Source: an uncultured Oscillospiraceae bacterium (GTDB taxonomy: Bacteria; Bacillota; Clostridia; Saccharofermentanales; UBA5734). From it: a stretch of 64,000 bases of DNA. Positions 1 through 10,816 of this stretch are shown piece by piece. The translations under genes and the position numbers were made by a program. The stretch spans positions 35,590-99,589 of the forward strand of contig CAYVHB010000002.1 of the NCBI GenBank assembly GCA_964450865.1. The letters run 5' to 3'. Under the pieces are notes generated by a model. The model was not told where the DNA came from. It made no database searches and saw only the letters and a list, made by a program, of their open reading frames with translations. Every line of letters begins with the position of its first letter. Within the stretch, counting starts at the first letter, position 1.

Positions 1-812
1 TGCTCACGGCGCAGCAGGAAAAACTCCAGGTGAAAGGGCATCCAGATCTGGCCGCCATGAAAATGGCCGGCCAGCAAAAAGGCGGCCTGGCTGGCCGTCT
101 GAGTAAGCAGGCTGTCCGGATTATGCGCGACAACAACCCGGCGGGAGGCTGGTACCAGTGGCCGGCGCTTGTCTTTCGCCGCTCTGTCCAGCGTACCGGC
201 CAGATCCGGTGCCCCCTTGCGCAGGTCCTCAAGACCCGCGAAAGCCCAGGGGTGGCCTTGCTGGCTGTAGACCCAGGCGATATTGTTCTGCAGGACCGTA
301 AATCCTTCCTCACGCAGCAGTGCCAGGGTTTCAGGCCGATCATGATTGCCCGGTACGGCCAGCAGGGGAATACCGTGGGACCTGGCCGCCGCGTGGATAG
401 CCCGGAGCCAGGCCCGGCTGCGCGTCAGCTGTTGCAGCGAGTGGGTCACGTCACCGGCGAAAACAATCACGTCGGCGGGGTGGCTGGCCATGGCCCTGGC
501 CAGCGCGGCGCCCAGGCGGGCCGGTGAAATCCGCAGCCACTCCGTATGCAGGTCACTGATCAGGATGACTTGCAGACTGCTGTCATCAGCCGGGCCGCCG
601 CCCATGTGGGTCAGGCGAATACGAAGCAGATAAGGCTCCAGCAAGGCCCAGAGCAGGACGAGCAAGGCCAGTCCGGCCAGGCCCAGACCGATTGCGGGAC
701 CAACAGAATGAATGGAAGCAGACACATAATCAGTCCCGGCCAGCATGGATCCGGCCGGACAAGCCATTGCGAGTTTGATTCCTTCAAGACTGGTTTCAAC
801 ATGACTGATCAC
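1..812 (-). CDS. metallophosphoesterase (calcineurin-like) with N-terminal membrane anchor; C-terminal end lies off the left edge
   Basis: The reverse frame is open from the window edge to GTG 812, with AGGAG 9 nt upstream. It is missing from the ORF track only because its stop is off-window. My translation gives a hydrophobic N-terminal helix, then SDLHTEW, FAGDVTHS, VPGNHD, VVAHNP and LAGHFHGGQ, which is the metallophosphatase motif series. Confidence 0.85.
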   Translation of the reverse strand, partial: MISHVETSLEGIKLAMACPAGSMLAGTDYVSASIHSVGPAIGLGLAGLALLVLLWALLEPYLLRIRLTHMGGGPADDSSLQVILISDLHTEWLRISPARLGAALARAMASHPADVIVFAGDVTHSLQQLTRSRAWLRAIHAAARSHGIPLLAVPGNHDRPETLALLREEGFTVLQNNIAWVYSQQGHPWAFAGLEDLRKGAPDLAGTLDRAAKDKRRPLVPASRRVVVAHNPDSLLTQTASQAAFLLAGHFHGGQIWMPFHLEFFLLRRE

Positions 813-1171
813 AATCTAAAATCTCCTGGCCTGGCTATTTGTGGCCAGCAATAGCCACCAGGCAGTCAACGCTGCCTCGTCCGGGTCGATTCTTCTAGCC
901 CGAGTCGGGGCGTCCTGACCGGGTGACATGGACCGGCGGCGGTCTGGCGCCGGTTGTCAATATCATGAGTAATGGGGTAGAATAAGGCCAATTCATCGGC
1001 CAACAGGCCTGCTTTCCTGATGCCGACTCATTCTTGTGCTGCCTGGACCTGTTCAAGCCCCATGTGGTACGCTTTGTATCCGGCCCGATCATCTTGTGTC
1101 CTGTCAGGGACGTCCGTTTCCTGTCTGACCCGATTGTATCCTGTCTGTACTGTTTGCAAGGAGGCGATATC

Positions 1172-1801
1172 TTGAAAAGTCAAACCCGAGCCTGGCTGGT
1201 TACGCTGATTTTACTGCTGTCCTGGGGGACGTTGCTGGCGGCCCCTTTTCGCTATTTTGCCGAAATGCTGCGTGACTGGGGCCGGTTCATGGCCGGTCTG
1301 ACGCCTTTTTCTGCCGGAACGCAGACCTTGCTGGTGTATCTGTGGATGACTGTGCTGCTGGCTGTTTCACTGGTTCTTGGCCGGGGCCGGCAGACCATTT
1401 ATCTGGCTGGCATTTTTGCCCTGGCGGAGGTGTGCTATCACCTGGTGATCTGCATTCGCAATAACCAATTATACGATGTTTCGCTACCGCTGACTATCGG
1501 CCTGGCACTGGCCTTGCTGTTTTTACTGATCCGCAGCAAATCACCGAGTCTCTGGCTGACTGACTTTTTCGTCTGTGGCCTCGCTGTCTGGCTGCTTTAT
1601 GACAGCCTGCTGGCTCAGGCTGTCGCCTGGCTTAAACTGGCCCCGGATGCCCTGGCGCCGATTTTTGTTTTCCCCAAAACCTCGCTGATTGCCAGCCTGC
1701 AGGATTTCTGGCATCTGCCACTGGTAGCCTGGGTAATCGGGATCAGCCTGCTGGCGGTTATCCCGCTTGTTTTTTTGACAGCCGGACGACAGAAAGGCTG
1801 A
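1172..1801 (+). CDS. hypothetical polytopic membrane protein
   Basis: ORF 1034..1801 trimmed to in-frame TTG 1172, which follows AAGGAGG with a 7-nt spacer. The product is almost entirely hydrophobic helices. No family recognised. Confidence 0.6.
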   Translation: MKSQTRAWLVTLILLLSWGTLLAAPFRYFAEMLRDWGRFMAGLTPFSAGTQTLLVYLWMTVLLAVSLVLGRGRQTIYLAGIFALAEVCYHLVICIRNNQLYDVSLPLTIGLALALLFLLIRSKSPSLWLTDFFVCGLAVWLLYDSLLAQAVAWLKLAPDALAPIFVFPKTSLIASLQDFWHLPLVAWVIGISLLAVIPLVFLTAGRQKG

Positions 1802-1834
1802 GAATTTATCAGGCTGCAGTGGCCAGCCGGATGA

Positions 1835-3886
<2,052 letters not shown>

Positions 3887-3924
3887 CAAGCCGGGCGATT
3901 GATCGCCGTCAGGGGGGATGGGCC

Positions 3925-5265
3925 ATGGATCGCGTCATCATCATGGGGGCCGCTGGCCGTGACTTTCATAATTTCAACGTCTGCTATCGGGATAATCCGG
4001 CCAGCCGGGTGGTTGCTTTTACAGCTACCCAGATTCCAGGCATTGCCAACCGCGTCTATCCGGCCGAACTGGCCGGTCCGGCTTATCCGCAGGGCATACC
4101 GATCTACAGCGAAACCGAATTGCCGCGCCTGATCCGGGAGCTGGCTGCCGACCAGGTTGTTTTTGCTTACAGTGATGTTTCGCATGACGATGTGATGCAC
4201 ATCGCCTCGCTGGTTCTGGCTTGTGGGGCTGACTTTTGCCTGCTTGGACCGCGCCGGACCCTGTTGCGGGCGCGCTGTCCGGTCATAGCTGTAACAGCCG
4301 TGCGCACCGGCAGCGGTAAGAGCCAGACAACCCGTTATGTCGGACAAATGCTGCAGGCTGCCGGCAAGCGGGTAGTCGTGGTCCGCCACCCGATGCCTTA
4401 TGGCGACCTTGCCACCCAGCGCATCCAGCGGTTCGCTACCCTGGCCGACCTGGAACGCCACCCTTGTACGATCGAAGAACGTGAAGAATACGAGCCCCAT
4501 CTGGAGGCCGGCCTGATTGTCTATGCCGGCATTGATTATGAGGCGATTCTGCGCCAGGCGCAAACTGAGGCTGATATCATTCTCTGGGATGGCGGGAATA
4601 ATGACTTTCCATTTTATCGGCCGGACCTGCATATCGTTGTCGTTGATCCCCACCGGGCAGGTGATGAAATCCACTACCATCCGGGCGAGACCAATCTGCG
4701 GATGGCCGACGTGATCATCGTCAATAAAGTTGACTCGGCTGAGCCGGCGAAGGTCGAGGCAGTCCAGGCGACCCTGGCTGCCTATAATCCCCGGGCGGCT
4801 GTAATCCTGGCCAATTCCCGGATCACGGTCGATTCGCCAGAACGGATCATTGGCCGGAAGGTACTGGTTGTCGAGGACGGGCCGACCCTGACCCATGGCC
4901 AGATGACCTACGGGGCCGGCGTGATCGCGGCCCGCCGGCTGGAAGCCCGTGAACTGGCTGATCCCCGGCCATATGCTGTTGGCAGCATCGCCGATACTTA
5001 CAGACAATGGCCGCAGATCTCACACCTGGTGCCAGCCATGGGCTATAGCGGCAGCCAGATCGCGGATCTGGAACAGACGATCAACGCGACACCGGCCGAC
5101 CTGGTCCTGTTCGGAACACCGATCGATCTGTGCCGCTTCATGACGATCAACAAACCGGCCGTCCGCGTCCGATATCATCTTGAGGAAATCCATCCACAGC
5201 TGGCTTACTGGCTGCAACCCTACCTGCAGTCCGGCGAGAGCCAGCCAGCGACGGAGATTTCGTAA
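3925..5265 (+). CDS. cyclic 2,3-diphosphoglycerate synthetase-like P-loop protein (bacterial homologue, function unproven)
   Basis: 446 aa. The N-terminus is MDRVIIMGAAGRDFHNFNV and there is a P-loop-like AVRTGSGKSQTT. I recognise the family usually annotated as cDPG synthetase or GTPase. It starts 39 nt after ligA on the same strand. Confidence 0.7.
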   Translation: MDRVIIMGAAGRDFHNFNVCYRDNPASRVVAFTATQIPGIANRVYPAELAGPAYPQGIPIYSETELPRLIRELAADQVVFAYSDVSHDDVMHIASLVLACGADFCLLGPRRTLLRARCPVIAVTAVRTGSGKSQTTRYVGQMLQAAGKRVVVVRHPMPYGDLATQRIQRFATLADLERHPCTIEEREEYEPHLEAGLIVYAGIDYEAILRQAQTEADIILWDGGNNDFPFYRPDLHIVVVDPHRAGDEIHYHPGETNLRMADVIIVNKVDSAEPAKVEAVQATLAAYNPRAAVILANSRITVDSPERIIGRKVLVVEDGPTLTHGQMTYGAGVIAARRLEARELADPRPYAVGSIADTYRQWPQISHLVPAMGYSGSQIADLEQTINATPADLVLFGTPIDLCRFMTINKPAVRVRYHLEEIHPQLAYWLQPYLQSGESQPATEIS

Positions 5266-5284
5266 TGAAAAAAAGGAGAGACCT

Positions 5285-6118
5285 ATGTTTTATACCAGGC
5301 GTGCCCCGCAGGATTTGCAGGCAATACGCTGCTATCTGCTGGATATGGACGGCACCGTTTCACTCGGCGAAGAAGCTTTGCCAGGGGCAGCCGCTTTTTT
5401 TGCTGCCCTGGCAGCCGGTGGCCAGGATTTTATTTTCCTGACCAATAATTCGTCGCATCGGGCCGATTATTATGTGCAGCGCATGCAGCGGCTGGGGTTT
5501 CCGGTCGACCGGACGCGGATGCTGACGTCCACGGATGCCCTGATTCTGTATCTGCGACAAAGCAGACCCACCGGCCAGCCCTTGCGCCTTTATGCGGTCG
5601 GAACGCCAGATTTTGAAGCTGAACTGCTGGCAGCCGGCCTTGAACTGGTTAGCGAACGAGAACAGCCGATCGATTTCGTTGTCGTCGGATTTGATACCAC
5701 CTTGACCTACCAGAAACTGGATATCGCCTGTGACTATATCCGGCAGGGCATTCCCTGGGTTGCGGCCAATCCGGATCGGGTCTGTCCCCTGGCCAATGGC
5801 CGGGTCATGCCTGACTGCGGAGCCCTGATCGCTTGTCTGCAAGCCTGTACGGAACGGCCACCCTTGCGGATCATTGGCAAGCCCGAAACAGCAATGGTTG
5901 AGATGGTCCTGGCCAGCCGCCCCTGGCAGCGCAATGAACTGGCCATGGTCGGTGACAGGATCTATACGGACCTGGCCCTGGCTGGCAACAGCGGCATCAT
6001 GGGCATTGCCGTGCTGTCCGGCGAGGCGACGCTGGCCGAAATCAGGACCAGCGGCCTGGATCCGGCATATATTATTGATGGCATCGGTGATCTGGTGCCC
6101 TGGCTGGGCCCGGCTTAA
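5285..6118 (+). CDS. HAD-superfamily hydrolase, subfamily IIA (NagD-like sugar-phosphate phosphatase)
   Basis: The start is taken at ATG 5285, with AAAAGGAGAG just upstream. The ORF-track start at 5180 overlaps the previous gene. HAD motifs are DMDGTV, LTNNS, GKP and GDRIYTD. Confidence 0.88.
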   Translation: MFYTRRAPQDLQAIRCYLLDMDGTVSLGEEALPGAAAFFAALAAGGQDFIFLTNNSSHRADYYVQRMQRLGFPVDRTRMLTSTDALILYLRQSRPTGQPLRLYAVGTPDFEAELLAAGLELVSEREQPIDFVVVGFDTTLTYQKLDIACDYIRQGIPWVAANPDRVCPLANGRVMPDCGALIACLQACTERPPLRIIGKPETAMVEMVLASRPWQRNELAMVGDRIYTDLALAGNSGIMGIAVLSGEATLAEIRTSGLDPAYIIDGIGDLVPWLGPA

Positions 6119-6492
6119 AGAACCTTTTCCAGGTAGGTCAGCCATTTGACCCGGGTTTCCTCGCTGATGGCATGCTCCATCCGGCAGGCGTCCCGTTCGG
6201 CTGTAGCCTCCGCAATGCCCAGAACCTCGACCAGAAAGCGCTTCAGCATCATATGGCGGCGCAAGACCGCCTCAGCCTGTTGCCGGCCTGTCGCGGTCAG
6301 CTGGATCTGGCCATAATGAGCGTGATCAATCAGGCCGGCATCCCGCAGCAGGTTCATGGCCTTGTTGACGCTGGCTTTCGATACATGCAGATGTCCGGCA
6401 ATGTCGACGGAGCGGACCGCCTGGCCGGTACCGCCAATTTCCAGGATTGTTTCAAGATAATCTTCCGCAGAAGCTGACAGATGTCTGGTCAT
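6115..6492 (-). CDS. DtxR/MntR-family metal-dependent transcriptional repressor
   Basis: 125 aa. It has the N-terminal wHTH SAEDYLETILEI...VRSVDIAGHLHVSKASVNKAMNLL and the dimerisation/metal region typical of the family. It is the last gene of the feo operon. Confidence 0.9.
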   Translation of the reverse strand: MTRHLSASAEDYLETILEIGGTGQAVRSVDIAGHLHVSKASVNKAMNLLRDAGLIDHAHYGQIQLTATGRQQAEAVLRRHMMLKRFLVEVLGIAEATAERDACRMEHAISEETRVKWLTYLEKVL

Positions 6493-6517
6493 ACACGCTT
6501 AATCGTCACTTTCACGT

Positions 6518-6913
6518 TTAATCATCACGATGCCGGCCGGGCTGGCCTGGTTTCGGGCGGGCCGCTGGCTGGCATCGATAATAGGACGGACAACCCGGGC
6601 AGCTGGCGCAGCCGGAAGATCGCGAATACCCGGTCGAATGGGCAGCAGCCGGCCATTCCTTTGCCTTGTCTGCGCCTGCACCTTGCCGGGAGCTTGCCCC
6701 GGGCTGGCAATCATGGGGCGAGGCCTGATTGCCAGCTGGACCGGCTGGTCCGCAACCAGTTTGCGATGCACATGAACAGCCTGTTTGCCGGCGGCCTGAA
6801 TGGCCGGACTTCAGCCAGTTCCGGATCATCAGGCCGACATGCCAGGCGAAAATACCAAGGACCAGGCTGACAGCCAGCCACGGGGTCCATTCAATCCAAC
6901 GGGACATATCCAT
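6518..6913 (-). CDS. FeoB-associated Cys-rich membrane protein with an unusually long low-complexity tail
   Basis: It has a single TM helix (WLAVSLVLGIFAWHVGLMI), then a basic stretch and a CSC..GC cluster, directly 3' of feoB as in that family. About 85 further residues carry a second CASCPGC...C cluster. All six frames are open here, so the 3' extent is uncertain. Confidence 0.6.
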   Translation of the reverse strand: MDMSRWIEWTPWLAVSLVLGIFAWHVGLMIRNWLKSGHSGRRQTGCSCASQTGCGPAGPAGNQASPHDCQPGASSRQGAGADKAKEWPAAAHSTGYSRSSGCASCPGCPSYYRCQPAARPKPGQPGRHRDD

Positions 6914-6937
6914 TTTCTCTCCATTATAGATAAATTG

Positions 6938-8830
6938 TCAGCTGAGGCCAAGCAGGCGGCCTCCCTGCCAGACAAGCCAGGCAAATCCATAAGCGACCGC
7001 TATCTGATAAGCCATCGTCAATATTGTCCAGCGCCAGCTGCGCAATTCGCGGTGCATGGCTCCCAGGGCTGCTACACAGGGCGTGTAAAGCAGGGTAAAG
7101 GTCATGAAGGCATAGGCTGACAAAGGGGTGAAGGCGGACAGCAGCTGAGCCGGCGTGTAGAGGATATTCAGTGATGCTACAACTGTTTCCTTGGCAATCA
7201 GGCCGGTCAGCAGGGCTACACTGGCCTGCCAGGAACCAAAGCCCAGGGGCTGCAGCAGGGGTGCCAGCAGATTGCCCAGCTGGCCGAAGATGCTGCGGGC
7301 ACTGTCGCTGACCGGTTGCAGGGCCAGGCTGAAATGCTGGAAGAACCAGATGATAACGGTCATGGTAAAGATCAATGTCCCGGCCCGTACGCAGAAATCG
7401 CGGACTTTGTCCCAGATATGCAGCCAAAGCGACTTGGCATCGGGCAGCCGGTAGGGCGGCAGCTCCAGCAGAAATGTCGAGTCCTGCCCGCGCAGCACGG
7501 TCTTGCCCAGCAGCAGAGCCGAAAGAAAGGCAATCAGGATGCCCAGCAGATACATGGAAAAAGTAACCAGGCCCTTGTTGGCTGTAAAGAAGATTGCCGT
7601 GAAAAAGGCATAGATTGGCATGCGGGCCCCGCAGGACATGAATGGCGTGATCATGATCGTCAGGCGCCGGTCCCGTTCATTTTCCAGCCCGCGCGCAGCC
7701 ATGATTGCAGGCACTGTGCAGCCAAAACCCATCAGCATGGGTATGAAGCTGCGGCCGGACAATCCCATTTTCTGGAAAATCCGGTCGACAATAAAGGCTG
7801 CCCGCGCCATATAGCCGGTATCCTCCAGCAAGCTCAGGAATAAAAACAGCAAGGTAATCTGGGGCAGGAATGTCAGTATGCCGCCGACACCGGCGATGAT
7901 GCCCTCAACCAGAAGAGAATAGATCCATTCTGGCGCCCTGGCCGCGATTAACCACTGGCTGACCAGGCCACTGAGCCAGTCCGTGAAAAAGAAATCGAGC
8001 CAGGTGGTCAGGCGGCCACCCAGATTTTCGTGAAAGGTGATCTGGAACACGATGAACATGATCAGCAGGAAGATCGGCAAAGCCCAGATCCGGTGAGTCA
8101 GTACCCGGTCGATGCGGTCCGATGGGGTGAGCGCTTCGGGCGGATGACTGTGTACCAGCACAGCCGCATGAATAGCCGCCGCTTCCAGGAACATGGCCTG
8201 GGTTTCCTCGTCACTTTCCGGGACATAATCCGACGGCAGGTCGGCCATGGTAGCTGGCTGTTCAGGACGATGATCATCCTCAGCCTGCCGGGGAGATTCT
8301 GACAGGATATGGTGGTGCTGCCCTTTCTGGTGACCGGCCTGGATCGCCAGAGCGATGACATGCGCCAGCAACGATTCGATCCCCTCGTTCTTTTTAGCCG
8401 AAATGGGTAAAACTGGCAGCTCAAGCAACCCGGACAGCCGGGCCACATCCAGCTGGTCGCCATGACGGATGACCTCATCCATCATGTTCAGTGCCACCAG
8501 CATGGGCCGTCCCAGTTTCTTGAGCTGCAGTGTGAAGTACAGATTGCGTTCGAGGTTGGTAGCATCAATAATATTGACCAGCACGTCCGGCTGGTCTTCG
8601 AGTATGTAATTGCGGGTGACAATTTCCTCGAGCGAAAAAGGGGCCAGGGAATAGATGCCCGGCAGGTCAACGACGGTAATCCGGTCGGATCCATGGCGAA
8701 TCACGCCAACCTTTTTTTCGACTGTTACGCCCGGCCAGTTGCCTGTCGTCTGCCTGGTCCCCGTCAGCCGGTTGAACAAAGTCGTCTTGCCGCTGTTGGG
8801 ATTGCCGGCCAATGCAATATGGATGTTCAT
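6938..8830 (-). CDS. feoB: ferrous iron transporter FeoB
   Basis: 630 aa. The N-terminal G-domain has GNPNSGKTTLFN and DLPG motifs. It is followed by a large polytopic permease domain. Confidence 0.97.
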   Translation of the reverse strand: MNIHIALAGNPNSGKTTLFNRLTGTRQTTGNWPGVTVEKKVGVIRHGSDRITVVDLPGIYSLAPFSLEEIVTRNYILEDQPDVLVNIIDATNLERNLYFTLQLKKLGRPMLVALNMMDEVIRHGDQLDVARLSGLLELPVLPISAKKNEGIESLLAHVIALAIQAGHQKGQHHHILSESPRQAEDDHRPEQPATMADLPSDYVPESDEETQAMFLEAAAIHAAVLVHSHPPEALTPSDRIDRVLTHRIWALPIFLLIMFIVFQITFHENLGGRLTTWLDFFFTDWLSGLVSQWLIAARAPEWIYSLLVEGIIAGVGGILTFLPQITLLFLFLSLLEDTGYMARAAFIVDRIFQKMGLSGRSFIPMLMGFGCTVPAIMAARGLENERDRRLTIMITPFMSCGARMPIYAFFTAIFFTANKGLVTFSMYLLGILIAFLSALLLGKTVLRGQDSTFLLELPPYRLPDAKSLWLHIWDKVRDFCVRAGTLIFTMTVIIWFFQHFSLALQPVSDSARSIFGQLGNLLAPLLQPLGFGSWQASVALLTGLIAKETVVASLNILYTPAQLLSAFTPLSAYAFMTFTLLYTPCVAALGAMHRELRSWRWTILTMAYQIAVAYGFAWLVWQGGRLLGLS

Positions 8831-8839
8831 GGAAATACC

Positions 8840-9106
8840 TCATTCAGAAACGGATCCGGCTTCGATGGGCGCGACCAGAATGCTGCGTGCGTCCTGTTTG
8901 CGGATTGACAGACTATAATTGCGGATCCGGATCTCAATCGGATCGCCGAGCGGTGCAAACTTGCGGACCATCAGCCAGGCTCCGGGTGTTACCCCCATTG
9001 CGGTCAGGCGTTGGCGGAACTGGCCGGAACCGCTGATCGATACAACGACCGCCGCTTCATCGGGCCGCAGCTGATCCAGACGTCGGACTTTTTTTTCATC
9101 GGACAT
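8840..9106 (-). CDS. feoA: ferrous iron transport protein FeoA
   Basis: ATG 9106 has GGAAAGGGAAA upstream, and the ORF-track TTG 9124 is an alternative start. The body is small and SH3-like (VVSISGSGQFRQRLTAMGVTPGAWLMV...). Its stop is 9 nt before the feoB start. Confidence 0.9.
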   Translation of the reverse strand: MSDEKKVRRLDQLRPDEAAVVVSISGSGQFRQRLTAMGVTPGAWLMVRKFAPLGDPIEIRIRNYSLSIRKQDARSILVAPIEAGSVSE

Positions 9107-9182
9107 GCGAATTTCCCTTTCCAATCGGACACCTGAACGGAATACACGATATCCCCCAGGTCATGAGTTAGCTTCGGTTAAC

Positions 9183-9210
9183 ATTGTAGCGTCTTTTGAC
9201 AGCTTGTCAA
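9183..9210 (-). promoter_or_regulatory. putative sigma-A promoter of feoAB with overlapping palindromic operator candidates
   Basis: On the minus strand: TTGACA (9210-9205), 16 nt, TACAAT (9188-9183). The -35 lies inside the perfect palindrome TTGACAgctTGTCAA (9196-9210). The dyad GTTAAC-CGAA-GCTAAC (9167-9182) sits just downstream of the -10. Confidence 0.55.
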
Positions 9211-9260
9211 GTTGCTTGTCAGACTGCATACGGCAGCCAGCGACGGGTAAACCGGCTGAA

Positions 9261-9302
9261 TAAAAAAACCGGACATGGACAGTGCGCACTGTCCATGTCC
9301 GG
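9261..9302 (-). terminator. intrinsic terminator after the 95-aa gene
   Basis: A perfect 17-bp-arm palindrome, CCGGACATGGACAGTGC/GCACTGTCCATGTCCGG (9269-9302), is followed on the minus strand by TTTTTTTA. Confidence 0.85.
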
Positions 9303-9431
9303 GATCGTCTAAAATGCCCGGATATTTCAATTAATTGTTGCCCATTGCTGCCGTGTTGCTGACCGTTCAGCCAGGTCGCACGAAAGGTCCTGCTGGAATC
9401 AATAACTGGCGCTTCACTGCCCCCCTTGCTG

Positions 9432-9719
9432 TCAGGCCACCGGAACCTGCCCGGCCGAAGGCTGCTGTTTTTCACGGAAAGGTCCCAGCTTATGAGCCTC
9501 CATGAAAGCCTGGATCTTCTGGTAATCCGCTGGTATTTCACATTGGAAAGTTATATTGATTGCTTCAGCTACCGAAAGGATTGTTGCAAAACCAACCAGG
9601 GCTGAGAGCATGCTGTCAGCGACCAGCCGGTCACCTTGTTCAGTCAGAAACAATACCTTGCCTTCACAGGCATTAATAATATCAGTAAATTCCTTAACGA
9701 TTTCAACCTTTGACGACAT
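9432..9719 (-). CDS. small hypothetical protein, possibly a His-less HPr-fold protein
   Basis: ORF 9432..9803 trimmed to ATG 9719, with GGGGAGG 6 nt upstream. The segment VEIVKEFTDIINACEGKVLFLTEQGDRLVADSMLSAL resembles, from memory, the short clostridial HPr-like family (..VKDFVN..S..DIDL.SGRYVIDAKSIMG..). This was not verified by any search. Confidence 0.45.
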   Translation of the reverse strand: MSSKVEIVKEFTDIINACEGKVLFLTEQGDRLVADSMLSALVGFATILSVAEAINITFQCEIPADYQKIQAFMEAHKLGPFREKQQPSAGQVPVA

Positions 9720-10106
9720 AAAATGCCTCCCCGACTTGCGCTCGGTCGACCCGGTTTTATGACAACGATGAACCTGGTTCAATCCGGCCAAAACTATCTG
9801 CAAGTCATGACTATTTTACCTGATTCCCGCCTTGCGGTCGAGGGACTTGACGCGAATTTGACGTTTTGTCAAAATCGCTTCGTTCAGGTTGTCTGAAATG
9901 AGCAGAAACAGGCAACCTGAAGCCGTGAAAATGTCCAAGGATAGAATGATGCGATTATACTCGCCTGAATGGAAAATTGACCTACGATCGGCCGTCAGCA
10001 ACTTAGCAGCGCGTTAAAATATGCTATAATGAGGCATAACCGCAAACCAGATTCACCATTTCGGGCGAATCTGGCCTGGCGAATGAGCCATGATGGAGAA
10101 TAAACC

Positions 10107-10559
10107 ATGGTTTTTTATTTTATAACGCTGACGCTCAGCGGTCTGTTGTCAATTGTTCTATTCAAACTGCTGATTCGCAGCCTGCAAGTCAACTGGGAGC
10201 GCAAGAACCGGCTGCCTCTTGGATATCTGACCCCTGTGCTGCTCACAGCTATTTTTATTCTGCTGACCACCGGCCTGACAGTGCCACGTCTGCTTGACAC
10301 GGTCAACTTGCTGGCCGGAACCTATGACATTGAAGAAATTGTGCTGCAGAAGAACCAGATTCACTGGAACAGCCTGAGCGTTGGCCAACGGCGATATTTC
10401 TTCAATCAGTGGCAGTTCAAGCCCCAGACCAATCAGGCTTACCGCATATCTTTCACACCGCACAGTCGTTACATTGTTGAAATGCAGCCTGTTGTTGAAT
10501 CACCGGATACGGCTTCGGGGCCGGCTCCCACGTCCATGCAGGGGGTACAGGCACCGTGA
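10107..10559 (+). CDS. hypothetical 2-TM membrane protein
   Basis: 150 aa, with two clear hydrophobic helices and then a soluble ~70-aa tail. Its stop overlaps the next gene's GTG start (GTGA), implying translational coupling. Confidence 0.65.
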   Translation: MVFYFITLTLSGLLSIVLFKLLIRSLQVNWERKNRLPLGYLTPVLLTAIFILLTTGLTVPRLLDTVNLLAGTYDIEEIVLQKNQIHWNSLSVGQRRYFFNQWQFKPQTNQAYRISFTPHSRYIVEMQPVVESPDTASGPAPTSMQGVQAP

Positions 10560-10816
10560 CAGCTTGGACCGTCCAGGTGAGGAATCCGGCTGGATTGCAT
10601 GCCCGCCTGGCCAGCATGTTCTGTGCCCAGGCCCGCCGCTTTCAGAGTACCATTACCCTGCGGGCCTCAGGCTCATTTTTTTCTGCCCGCAGCATCCTGG
10701 ATGTCATGGCAGCTGATGTCCGGCCGGGTGGCCTGATCATGATCATGGCTGACGGTCCGGATGAGATCGAAGCCGTAGAAGCCCTGGTCCGTTTTATCGA
10801 TACCCTCCAGGAATGA
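10556..10816 (+). CDS. HPr-family phosphocarrier-like protein
   Basis: 86 aa with a GTG start. The His15 context is conserved (NPAGLHARLAS) and so is the Ser46-like context (ARSILDVMA). The acidic C-terminal helix is typical of HPr. Confidence 0.8.
   Translation: MTAWTVQVRNPAGLHARLASMFCAQARRFQSTITLRASGSFFSARSILDVMAADVRPGGLIMIMADGPDEIEAVEALVRFIDTLQE

Noticed and set aside
6481-6930. Multiple overlapping ORFs on both strands (6481..6870+, 6499..6771-, 6525..6710-, 6530..6775+, 6729..6929+, 6800..7120+).
   Set aside because: All six frames are open in this very GC-rich stretch. Only the frame continuing the FeoB-associated Cys-rich protein has a family-like N-terminus and an operon-consistent position.
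9816-10001. 61-aa ORF in the divergent region between the 95-aa gene and the 2-TM protein gene.
   Set aside because: This is an AT-rich promoter region with a TGcTATAAT extended -10 at ~10022-10030. The ORF has no RBS and no similarity I recognise.
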